Positions 17,822-26,957 of a DNA stretch of 64,000 bases are shown one piece after another (within the stretch, counting starts at the first letter, position 1; the number at the start of each line of letters is the position of its first letter). This stretch comes from Porticoccaceae bacterium. GTDB lineage: Bacteria > Pseudomonadota > Gammaproteobacteria > Pseudomonadales > Porticoccaceae. Location of the stretch: NCBI GenBank assembly GCA_002691825.1, contig NZIZ01000047.1:40940-104939 (forward strand). Direction: 5' to 3'. The position numbers and the translations under genes were made by a program. The notes beneath the pieces were generated by a model, which saw nothing but the letters and a program-made list of their open reading frames with translations, did not search any database and was not told the DNA's origin.

Positions 17822-18720
17822 AACTCTCTACACTTTTTGTTTTCCCAATCATTGCCGTCAGCATGTTTTGCGTTTTATGTCCAGTTACTGCTGATAGTAA
17901 TATTTCGGAAGTCGATGATTTAAAGCGTGAAATAACTTTACGAGCTCCAGCAAAAAGAATTGTTAGCTTAGCACCGAACATCACTGAACTTCTTTTCCAC
18001 ATTGGTGCCGGAGCTAACATTGTTGGTGTAGATGAGTTTAGTAATTATCCCCATGAGGCCAAGAGTATCACTCGTGTAAACAATCATTCACGGGTTAATT
18101 ATGAACTTATTCTTAGTTTACAGCCTGACCTCGTATTTGCATGGAGCTCAGGCAATGGTTTTGAAATCGTTCAGCGTTTAAGCGAACTAGAATTAACAGT
18201 TTTTGTTATCGAAGTAACAAAGTTGTCACATATTCCGGAGCTTTTAAAAAAGTTAGGTAGGCTAACGGATAAAACAATTGAAAGTAAACGCATCGCGGCT
18301 GATTTCCAAAAAAAGTTACGGTACCTTAATAAATCACATGAACGCAAAAAGAAGGTAAAAACTTTTTATCAGATATGGGATGACCCCATTATGACCCTTA
18401 ATGGCGAACACTTGGTGAGTGATGTGATAAGAATATGTGGTGGTGTGAATATTTTTGCAACCTCTTCACCGTTAGTGCCTCGCGTTAACATTGAAACGAT
18501 CATGAAATTTGATCCGGAAGTGATACTATCCAGTGGTACGCAAGAGCGATTAGTGTCTTGGAAAAAAACTTGGAGCCGGTGGAGAAATATTACCGCGGTT
18601 AAGGGTGGACATCTGTACCTGATTCCTCCTGATTTAATGCAAAGACCCACCTACCGCACTCTTGATGGGGCTACTTACATGTGTAAGTACTTGGATCGGT
18701 ACCGTGAATATGGGAGTTAA
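17815..18720 (+). CDS. btuF: Periplasmic cobalamin-binding protein BtuF
   Basis: Signal peptide, RIVSLAPNITELLF, VGVDEFSNYP, WSSGN, FYQIWDDPIMTLNG, CGGVNIF, QRPTYR. Confidence 0.9.
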   Translation: MVKLSTLFVFPIIAVSMFCVLCPVTADSNISEVDDLKREITLRAPAKRIVSLAPNITELLFHIGAGANIVGVDEFSNYPHEAKSITRVNNHSRVNYELILSLQPDLVFAWSSGNGFEIVQRLSELELTVFVIEVTKLSHIPELLKKLGRLTDKTIESKRIAADFQKKLRYLNKSHERKKKVKTFYQIWDDPIMTLNGEHLVSDVIRICGGVNIFATSSPLVPRVNIETIMKFDPEVILSSGTQERLVSWKKTWSRWRNITAVKGGHLYLIPPDLMQRPTYRTLDGATYMCKYLDRYREYGS

Positions 18721-18731
18721 TCGACAAAGAA

Positions 18732-18753
18732 GCCGATGATATTTATCAACGGC
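18732..18753 (-). terminator. Possible intrinsic terminator between convergent btuF and amtB
   Basis: GCCGaTGAT-ATTT-ATCAaCGGC hairpin with one mismatch, followed on the minus strand by TTCTTTGT. Confidence 0.35.
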
Positions 18754-18808
18754 CCCGATGTTTTACTTGTTGGTTTATGTATCTTCAACTTTTAGGTGCG
18801 GCTATTTT

Positions 18809-20119
18809 TCAAAGATCATAACCTCTCTCGTTATGCTCGACCAAATCGAGCCCATTTGTTTCTTCCTCTGAATCGATTCTGAGTCCTAAAAGATTGTCCA
18901 CCAATTTTAAGAGTATCAGTGAGACCAACGCTGTATAAACGACTGTGCTCACGACACCAATTAGCTGGACATAAATTTGCGAGCCCATGGTAACTCCTTC
19001 CCCATAACCTTGACCGCTGAAGACACCCAGCTGATCGGAGGCAAAAATACCAACACATAGCGTTCCAAGTATTCCGCCAATTCCATGAACAGGGAAGACA
19101 TCGAGTGAATCATCAATTTTAAATTTCTGCTTTATAGCTTGCGTCGCGAAATAACATATGACGCCTGCACTGGAACCAATAACTAGCGCACCGCCGGGAC
19201 CAACGAAACCAGAAGCTGGAGTAATTGTGCCGAGGCCTGCCACCATTCCAGTCACGGCTCCTAGTGCAGATGGTTTTCCAAATTTAGTCCATTCCATCAT
19301 CATCCAAGCGAGTGCCCCTGAGGCTGCAGATATGTGTGTAGCGAGCATTGCCATGCCGGCGTCACCATTTGCCGCTAGCGCCGATCCCGCATTAAAACCA
19401 AACCAGCCTACCCAAAGCATGCCGGCCCCAGTGATTGACATAGTCAGATTATGGGGAGGCATTGCCTGATTCGGGAACCCATTGCGGTTGCCGATAACTA
19501 ATGCTGCTACAAGAGCCGCAACGCCCGCTGTAATATGCACCACCGTGCCTCCAGCAAAATCGAGTAATCCCATTTCTCCTAACCATCCACCTCCCCATAC
19601 CCAATGTGTAATAGGCACATAAACAAATACTACCCATAAGCCACTGAATACAAGCATAGAACCAAAGCGCATACGTTCAGCGAATGCGCCAACGATCAAA
19701 GCGGGAGTGATTATCGCAAAGGTGAGCTGAAACATCGCAAACACTGATTCTGGAATGTCGCCAGCCATCGAATCTTCCACGACCTGACCCATCAAAAAGT
19801 TTTCTAAATTCCCAATCAGTGCGTTCACGGCGCCACCGTCCCCAAAGGCAAGACTATAGCCTGCTACTAACCAGATTATTGATACTAAGCATGTTATTGA
19901 GAAACACTGCATCAAGATTGAAAGCACACTTCTCGAGCGAACCAAACCTCCATAAAATAGTGATAATCCCGGAATTGTCATGAACAGGACAAGGGCAGTG
20001 GAAGTAAGAATCCATGAGGTGTTTGCGCCATTGAGATTGTCGGCTACTGCGGTAAACGATAGCATCACAAGGGTAAAAATTTTTAGGATATTTTTGATGG
20101 AAGCAATAGTGTATTTCAT
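18809..20119 (-). CDS. amtB: Ammonium transporter AmtB
   Basis: LVLFMTIPGLSLFYGG, FQLTFAIITPALI, DFAGGTVVH, WVGWFGFNAGS, DDSLDVFPVHG. AAGGAGG RBS favours ATG 20119. Confidence 0.97.
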   Translation of the reverse strand: MKYTIASIKNILKIFTLVMLSFTAVADNLNGANTSWILTSTALVLFMTIPGLSLFYGGLVRSRSVLSILMQCFSITCLVSIIWLVAGYSLAFGDGGAVNALIGNLENFLMGQVVEDSMAGDIPESVFAMFQLTFAIITPALIVGAFAERMRFGSMLVFSGLWVVFVYVPITHWVWGGGWLGEMGLLDFAGGTVVHITAGVAALVAALVIGNRNGFPNQAMPPHNLTMSITGAGMLWVGWFGFNAGSALAANGDAGMAMLATHISAASGALAWMMMEWTKFGKPSALGAVTGMVAGLGTITPASGFVGPGGALVIGSSAGVICYFATQAIKQKFKIDDSLDVFPVHGIGGILGTLCVGIFASDQLGVFSGQGYGEGVTMGSQIYVQLIGVVSTVVYTALVSLILLKLVDNLLGLRIDSEEETNGLDLVEHNERGYDL

Positions 20120-20226
20120 CAACACCCTCCTTAAGTTTATTATTATGGGTCTAACACTATTTCTATAAGCTAAATTTTGTACTTATGCACTTTTTTTAAA
20201 CAGAAAAAAAAATTATTTTAGTAATA

Positions 20227-20283
20227 CGCACTTTAGTAGTGCTTAAAAGGAAGTAAAATTTATTTTTGCACCTTCTTTGAGCA
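20227..20283. promoter_or_regulatory. Two NtrC-like binding sites upstream of amtB
   Basis: GCAC-TTTAGTA-GTGC (20228-20242) and TGCAC-CTTCTTT-GAGCA (20267-20283) fit TGCAC-N7-GTGCA; centres are 40 bp apart. Confidence 0.6.
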
Positions 20284-20498
20284 AAAAAAATAGTCACTCG
20301 AGGTATCAAACGTCTTTTAAAAAAATGATTTTTTATATGGAATTAGGAAAAAAGGTAGTCATGTCGTCAATAATGAATTTGACTTTATCCGGCAGTATTG
20401 ACTTTATATTGAAATTTACTACTTTTATTACATTTCGTTGTATTGTTGTTAGATTAATCTTTCGTGTAAGTATGGATTGAAAACTTTCGAGAACCACG

Positions 20499-21026
20499 TT
20501 GATGAATCGTCTTCTTCTTGTCCTCTTTTGCGTTTTAGCCTCAAACGGGTGCATCAAGGGCGCTAGTTTTCGAGACTTAAATGATAACCACTCAGATCAT
20601 GTTGTTTGGTCTTGCACGAGCGAAGAAAAATTTGACTCCGCATGGAGATGCCGTTCTGAAGACTCTCACGTTGGCAGCCAAGAAAAATTTAGAGACAATG
20701 TAAAATCTGAGTTCAAAAGCCAGGAGGCATCCCCGCGTTTCGTTTTACAGGAAGAACACTTGGGTGGAACATTCCCAGAAATTGTCTGGACGATTCAGTT
20801 AGGAGCGTATGCCTCGCGAGATGCCGCGCTAAAACATTGGGAAGAGTATGTCAGTGAATCAGGTAGCTTATGGCTTACAAATTCAGTAAAACAGCGAGGA
20901 GTGCTCACTCTTTTACTTTATGGTAAATTCGAAAATCGACAGCTTGCCCAAGCCGCTGCGAGTGAACTGCAGCAATTGCATCCGACACTAGAATATTGGG
21001 TACGCATGATAAAAATTGACCGTTGA
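20499..21026 (+). CDS. SPOR-domain protein, probable lipoprotein
   Basis: Hydrophobic leader ending LASNGC; C-terminal WTIQLGAY...LLLYGKFENRQLAQAA...YWVR SPOR pattern. Confidence 0.75.
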   Translation: MMNRLLLVLFCVLASNGCIKGASFRDLNDNHSDHVVWSCTSEEKFDSAWRCRSEDSHVGSQEKFRDNVKSEFKSQEASPRFVLQEEHLGGTFPEIVWTIQLGAYASRDAALKHWEEYVSESGSLWLTNSVKQRGVLTLLLYGKFENRQLAQAAASELQQLHPTLEYWVRMIKIDR

Positions 21027-21229
21027 AAGCTCTTTGCATTTTTTAGGGGCAAATTTTCGCAGCTGTTTTACTAATCGAGAAACTCGTTGATCCCTCGCAA
21101 TATTTTGACTCTTCAATAAACTCATTTAAACACTCGATATTTATAATGGTGTTTGCGCGTGCCGACAAGTAATCATGAAACTGTCAGGTAGATTTATACA
21201 TGTGTTTTTGAAATGGATATAAATCAAGC

Positions 21230-21679
21230 TTATCCAAAAACTTTGTCTTTACTTTTTTCTACTATTGCTAAGATAAGTCTAGCCACACACGTGAGTTTCC
21301 CGGCACTGTTACGGAGTTCTATTTCCCACACATGAGAGCGTCGTCCAAGGTGGATCGGCCGAGTTGTCCCCGTAACTATTCCCTCAGAAACAGGACGAAG
21401 GTGGGTAGCGCTAATGTCTTGACCGCGGCATTGCTGGAAATCTCTGTCGATAACATGGTATCCGGCAGTACTACCCAATGTTTCCGCTAACACGACATTT
21501 GCGCCACCATGAATAATTCCGCTGGGTTGAAAAGTTCTCGCGTCTGCAGGCATAGTTGCCGACAAGAAGTCTTCACCCACTACCGTCATTGAAATACCAA
21601 GATGACTATCTATGGTGCCTGAGAGTATGTATTGGTTGATATATTTTAAGTCTGGTATGGTGTGCCAGATAGATGCCAT
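21230..21679 (-). CDS. Hotdog-fold thioesterase (PaaI/MenI/YdiI family)
   Basis: ATMP...QPSGIIHGGANVVLAETLGS, HLRPV, PIHLGRRSHVWEI. Confidence 0.9.
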   Translation of the reverse strand: MASIWHTIPDLKYINQYILSGTIDSHLGISMTVVGEDFLSATMPADARTFQPSGIIHGGANVVLAETLGSTAGYHVIDRDFQQCRGQDISATHLRPVSEGIVTGTTRPIHLGRRSHVWEIELRNSAGKLTCVARLILAIVEKSKDKVFG

Positions 21680-21688
21680 ACAAATTTC

Positions 21689-23353
21689 CTACCTTTTAAG
21701 ACGCTTGTGTTTGATTCGTGATGGTTGTATTTCGGAGCCCTTTCGTTCGACAAGATCATCATGATAAGCACTATAGCAACCTTCAAAAAAAATGATTTCA
21801 CCATCATCTTCGTAGGCTAGTGTGTGAGTGGCTATGCGATCAAGGAACCAGCGGTCATGAGAAATAACCAAGACACAACCCGGAAACGAGAGTATTGCCT
21901 CCTCCAAAGCACGTAAGGTCTCAATATCGAGATCGTTAGAGGGCTCATCCAAAAGTAACACATTAGCACCCTGCTTTAATGTATTGGCAAGGTGAAGGCG
22001 TCCGCGTTCTCCTCCAGATAAATCACCTACTCTTTTCTGCTGGTCAGATCCCTTGAAATTGAAACGTCCTGCGTATGCTCGTGAAGACACCTCATAATTA
22101 CCTACCCGAAGAACATCTTGACCTCCTGAAATTGCTTCCCAGACATTTTGATCACCACATAAGGAGTCACGAGTTTGCTCCACGAAAGCTATTTTCACTG
22201 TGTCACCGATAATAATTGATCCGCTGTCAGGTTTTTCGCTACCCGCAATCATACGGAAAAGCGTAGATTTTCCAGTGCCGTTCCCGCCAATAATTCCGAC
22301 GACGGAACCCTTTGGAATAGATAATGAAAGGTCTTTAATTAGCAACGCACTCCCAAACCCTTTGGATATTCTGTCAAGTATAATTACCTTGTCGCCCAGC
22401 CGTTCTCCCGGAGCTATATAAATTTCATTTGTTTCATTTCTGGACTGGAACTCTTGTGAATTGAGTTCATCGAAGCGCGCTAGTCGAGCTTTATTTTTTG
22501 CTTGCCTACCTCTAGGATTTTGTCGTACCCATTCCAACTCGTGCTTTATCGCACGTTGGCGAGATGCCTCCTGTTTAGATTCGGTTTGCAGACGTTTTTC
22601 TTTTGCACTAAGCCATGTCGAGTAGTTTCCCTCATACGGAATACCGTGACCTCGATCCAGCTCAAGTATCCAACCGGCGACATTATCCAAGAAATAGCGA
22701 TCGTGAGTCACAGCTACTACGGTTCCGGTAAACTCTTCAAGGAACTTTTCTAACCAATACACTGATTCGGCGTCTAAGTGGTTGGTAGGTTCGTCTAGCA
22801 GCAACATATCTGGTTTAGATAGTAGTAACCGACAGAGGGCGACGCGCCGTTTTTCTCCCCCTGAGAGTGATTCTATGCTGGATTCCCAAGGCGGCAGCCG
22901 CAGTGCATCGGCGGCAATGTCTAGGGTATTATCGAGATTATGTGCGTCTGTAGCCTCTATGATTGATTCAAATTCTTCTTGTTTTTTCGCTAATCCTTCG
23001 AAATCTGCATTTTCGTCCCCATAATCGATGTATACCTGTTCTAGGCCAGCAAGAGCATCTACAGCCTCGCGAACGCCATCCTCAACATTTCCACGAACAG
23101 TTTTGGTGGAATCTAACTCTGGTTCTTGTGCCAAAAAACCAATCTTAATTCCCTGCATCGGACGTGCTTCACCCTGAATATCTGTGTCAATAGCGGCCAT
23201 TATTTTTAAGAGAGTAGACTTACCAGCACCATTTAGCCCCAGAACTCCAATTTTAGCCCCAGGAAAAAATGATAATGAGATGTCTTTCAAAATCTCTCGT
23301 TTTGGCGGGACAATCTTTCCAACCCGATTCATTGTGTAGACGTATTGAGCCAT
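21689..23353 (-). CDS. ettA: Energy-dependent translational throttle protein EttA (ABC-F)
   Basis: MAQYVYTMNRVGKIVPPKREILKDISLSFFPGAKIGVLGLNGAGKSTL; two ABC cassettes; 554 aa. Confidence 0.97.
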   Translation of the reverse strand: MAQYVYTMNRVGKIVPPKREILKDISLSFFPGAKIGVLGLNGAGKSTLLKIMAAIDTDIQGEARPMQGIKIGFLAQEPELDSTKTVRGNVEDGVREAVDALAGLEQVYIDYGDENADFEGLAKKQEEFESIIEATDAHNLDNTLDIAADALRLPPWESSIESLSGGEKRRVALCRLLLSKPDMLLLDEPTNHLDAESVYWLEKFLEEFTGTVVAVTHDRYFLDNVAGWILELDRGHGIPYEGNYSTWLSAKEKRLQTESKQEASRQRAIKHELEWVRQNPRGRQAKNKARLARFDELNSQEFQSRNETNEIYIAPGERLGDKVIILDRISKGFGSALLIKDLSLSIPKGSVVGIIGGNGTGKSTLFRMIAGSEKPDSGSIIIGDTVKIAFVEQTRDSLCGDQNVWEAISGGQDVLRVGNYEVSSRAYAGRFNFKGSDQQKRVGDLSGGERGRLHLANTLKQGANVLLLDEPSNDLDIETLRALEEAILSFPGCVLVISHDRWFLDRIATHTLAYEDDGEIIFFEGCYSAYHDDLVERKGSEIQPSRIKHKRLKR

Positions 23354-23518
23354 ATTCTTTGCACTATATGAAAATTTTCGGATGCTCTTTGGTATTTATC
23401 TTGAAAAAATGATTGTAACTTAAAGAGAACTTTCAGTGTACGATGTTTAAAAATAATATTTTAATCTAATGTGAATGAGGTACTCAGATATAACAAATAA
23501 AGAATATGATCTTTTGGT

Positions 23519-24754
23519 TTAGTGTTCATCTATTTCAAAAGTCAAGCCCGCATTCTTCTGAAGTCGGGATAACAGCATGCTCCCCATCGCTGACGCTGGC
23601 GTCAAAAATCCCCCCGGGACTTTAGTTTTTGAAGTTTCCAATAAACACAGTGCACATTGTCCGAGCATTTTTGCTGTACTTCCATATCCAGGATCACTGT
23701 CCCCTTTTATACAAACGCGAAGTTGGTAATTTTCATGATTTCTGCCGAGCATTTGGATCATAAAACTACCTCTTTGTTGGGATTTTACGGAGGGGCCCTC
23801 ACCGGGCGCAGGTAAAAAAAACAGATTTAAGATGGCTCGGGTGGTTCGAAAATAAAAACACCATATCAATACAGTCAGGATGAAAGATATACTAAGAGAT
23901 TTTAACAGACCCAAAATACCCTTTCCTGTGAGGATAGCCTCGTCATAGGTGAAATTGTCACCATAGCTCATATCTCCTAAGTAAGAGGAACGCATTACGA
24001 TTCGACTATTGATATTTTCCATGATGAATGGCGCTATCCAAGAGTCAAAGTTCGTATCATAGCGTTGTTTTTTTTTGGGATTCCGTCCGCTGTTTTTTTT
24101 AGGCCCATTCTCTGGGCACAAGTATCGAGGATTTGCGATTTCACGGTTTAGAGCAGGGCTAGCTTTCAGTGCTTCTATTGTGCTAATAAAGCTTGCTATA
24201 GTACCTCCAGATATCCCACCCGTGATTTTGGCGACTCGCATAGAAACAAGGGGCAGATAACATTTAAATTTTTCTTGCGCTTTTGCCTGTAGAAAGTAAT
24301 TACCAATATCAGATGGGATCGAGTCAAAGCCGCAACTATTCACTATCCTTGCGCCACTAGATTGGGCTAAAACTTGGTATTTATCAATCATTCGCCTAAT
24401 CCAGTGAACCTCTCCGGTGATGTCGCAGTAGTCAGTCCCTGTTTCGGCGCAAATTGCTACAAGATTTTCGCCATATAGCGCATATGGACCGACTGTGCTT
24501 ACTATCAGCCGTGTTGAATGACACAGATTACGGAGTGATACAATATCATTAGAATCAGCAATCACGAGTTGAAGAGTTTTAGCTGCGGCTCCAAGGCTCA
24601 CCTGAAGTTGTTCAAGTTTGTGTTGAGATCTCCCCGCAAGTGCCCACTTAAAATTTGCGCTTATATTCGTGCGAGATAGAAGGTGCTTGGTCAGGATCAT
24701 GCCAACAAAACTTGTAGCGCCAAATACGATAAGATCATATTTATTATTTGCCAA
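23519..24754 (-). CDS. Saccharopine dehydrogenase-like / trans-acting enoyl reductase family protein
   Basis: YDLIVFGATSFVG, ALAGRS, STVGPYALYG, DYCDITGE, CGFDSIPSD, DPGYGSTAKML, GGFLTPA. Confidence 0.88.
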   Translation of the reverse strand: MANNKYDLIVFGATSFVGMILTKHLLSRTNISANFKWALAGRSQHKLEQLQVSLGAAAKTLQLVIADSNDIVSLRNLCHSTRLIVSTVGPYALYGENLVAICAETGTDYCDITGEVHWIRRMIDKYQVLAQSSGARIVNSCGFDSIPSDIGNYFLQAKAQEKFKCYLPLVSMRVAKITGGISGGTIASFISTIEALKASPALNREIANPRYLCPENGPKKNSGRNPKKKQRYDTNFDSWIAPFIMENINSRIVMRSSYLGDMSYGDNFTYDEAILTGKGILGLLKSLSISFILTVLIWCFYFRTTRAILNLFFLPAPGEGPSVKSQQRGSFMIQMLGRNHENYQLRVCIKGDSDPGYGSTAKMLGQCALCLLETSKTKVPGGFLTPASAMGSMLLSRLQKNAGLTFEIDEH

Positions 24755-25097
24755 ATTTTTACTCCAAGATATCTACTATTTTTATGTGTAAACTAGTTAC
24801 GACGCTGAGTAGTGTGAGCGCGTTGATGTAAAATAAAAAGCCTGGTCGGTATGCATAGATACCAGACAAAAAAGTTAAAGGCGTCGATCTTAATCAATTA
24901 ATTCGTTGAAGCTATCACGAACAAGCGTTTTTTGTCGATTGTTACGTCTAAGTTAGTTTTTTTCCGTATACTGCATTTTAGCATGTAATTTTAACAGACA
25001 AATAAAATCTCCCTACCCAGTAACACTTTTTTAAGAATTTTGCTTTTGAAATTTATTGATATTCGAGGTTGTTGGGAGGGCGGCGTAAGGAAAAAAA

Positions 25098-26942
25098 ATG
25101 TTTGCTTTTTTCGAGAGGCGCTTAGACCCCTTTCCGCCAGCGGAAATGCATCAACCTCCAGATACTCTCTTCGCATTTTGTAGGTTTTATACTCGGGGCT
25201 CGGAATCGTGGCTTATTTTTATGGCGTCTTTGACCGCTGTAATGGCTATTTCTGAGGCCATGCTATTCGGGTTTTTAGGGACCATAGTGGATTGGCTAGC
25301 ACTTCAAAAGCAAGAGAGTTTTATAGAGCAAATGTGGCCATTTCTCTTGATGATGACTGTGTTTGTTCTTCTAATCATACCCTTACTTGAGTCGATTCGG
25401 TCTCTAGTCATTCATCAGACATTGATGGGCAACTTTCCTATGAGAGTCCGATGGCTCATGCATCGATATCTTTTGAGTCAGAGCTATGCCTACTTCCAAA
25501 ATGAGTTCAGTGGTCGCATTGCAACCAAAGTTATGCAGACTGCGCTAGCTGTTCGTGATGTCGTGATGAAAATTTTAGACGTACTCTTGTTCATTTTGGT
25601 GTATCTAGTAACAACCATTTTCTTGATTGCGAGCGCAGATCCAATATTGTGTATTCCACTATTTGTCTGGCTAATACTTTTTATTTTAGTTCAACGAGTC
25701 TTCGTCCCACGATTAAGAAAAATTTCGACCCGACAAGCTGATGCTCGTTCGTTAATGACTGGTAGAATTGTAGACAGTTATACAAACATTCTGACGGTTA
25801 AAGTATTTTCTGATAACAATCGTGAATCAATGTATGTGAAAAGCGGGATGGGAGAGTTCTTGGGTACTGTGCACCCGCAAATGCGTCTGGTGACCTTGTT
25901 GAATATAACAATGTGGTCTCTCAATGTGGTACTGATTTTCTCAACATCCGCGCTTGGGATTACGCTTTGGCTAGATGACTTAGTTTCGCCGGGTGCAATT
26001 GCGGTTGTTATTGGTTTAGCAATCCGACTCACGGGCATGTCACATTGGATTATGTGGGAAATTGCTAACCTTTTTGAAAACCTAGGTGTTGTCCAAGATG
26101 GTATTAATTCTTTTTCTGTACCAAAGGAGGTCTTAGACCAGCCTGGTTCTCGAGAGTTGGAGGTAAGCGACTGTGTTATTGAGTTTAACAAGGTACATTT
26201 TGCTTATAACAATCGGGCTAATAAGCACGGTGGTTCAGTTTTTCAAGGTCTTGACTTGAGGATTGAATCTGGGGAGAAGGTAGGAGTAGTGGGACGCAGT
26301 GGCGCCGGAAAATCAACCTTAGTTAATTTATTAATGAGATTTTATGATGTTCAGAGTGGCAAAATCACTATTGATGGTGAAAACATTGCCGAGGTTAAGC
26401 AAAATAGTTTGAGAGGTAAAATCGCGTTGGTTTCACAGGATTCCTCGTTATTGCATCGATCTGTGAGGGAAAATATTTTGTTTTCTAGACCGAAGGCGTC
26501 AGAAGAAGAAATGATTAACGCTGCGATTCAGGCTGAAGCGCATGATTTTATCTTAGGCCTTCAAGACACTGCAGGAAGGCGCGGTTATGATGCACACGTC
26601 GGAGAACGTGGTGTGACACTGTCTGGGGGACAGCGGCAACGGATAGCGATAGCTCGAGTATTATTAAAGGATGCGCCGATCCTAGTACTCGACGAAGCCA
26701 CCTCTGCACTCGATTCTGAGGTTGAGGCAGCCATAAAACTTAGTTTTGATCGCTTGATGCAAGGAAAGACAGTGATTGCGATTGCACACAGGTTGTCGAC
26801 TATCGCTGCGATGGACCGTTTAATAGTCTTCGATCAAGGTGAGATCGTTGAAGAGGGACGTCATAAAGACTTGCTTGCCTTCAACCGTGTCTATGCTAAA
26901 TTATGGCGTCACCAATCGGGTGGATTTTTGGGTTTTGATTGA
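25098..26942 (+). CDS. ABC exporter, fused permease/ATPase (VcaM-like multidrug family)
   Basis: Six TM helices followed by GRSGAGKST, LSGGQRQRIAIAR, LDEATSALDSEVE, IAHRLST. Confidence 0.92.
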   Translation: MFAFFERRLDPFPPAEMHQPPDTLFAFCRFYTRGSESWLIFMASLTAVMAISEAMLFGFLGTIVDWLALQKQESFIEQMWPFLLMMTVFVLLIIPLLESIRSLVIHQTLMGNFPMRVRWLMHRYLLSQSYAYFQNEFSGRIATKVMQTALAVRDVVMKILDVLLFILVYLVTTIFLIASADPILCIPLFVWLILFILVQRVFVPRLRKISTRQADARSLMTGRIVDSYTNILTVKVFSDNNRESMYVKSGMGEFLGTVHPQMRLVTLLNITMWSLNVVLIFSTSALGITLWLDDLVSPGAIAVVIGLAIRLTGMSHWIMWEIANLFENLGVVQDGINSFSVPKEVLDQPGSRELEVSDCVIEFNKVHFAYNNRANKHGGSVFQGLDLRIESGEKVGVVGRSGAGKSTLVNLLMRFYDVQSGKITIDGENIAEVKQNSLRGKIALVSQDSSLLHRSVRENILFSRPKASEEEMINAAIQAEAHDFILGLQDTAGRRGYDAHVGERGVTLSGGQRQRIAIARVLLKDAPILVLDEATSALDSEVEAAIKLSFDRLMQGKTVIAIAHRLSTIAAMDRLIVFDQGEIVEEGRHKDLLAFNRVYAKLWRHQSGGFLGFD

Positions 26943-26957
26943 AAATGATCTTCTCTC

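Noticed and set aside
20277-20557. ORFs 20277-20480 (+) and 20333-20557 (-) as glnK or small proteins
   Set aside because: No PII motifs; AT-rich divergent promoter region with low-complexity translations.
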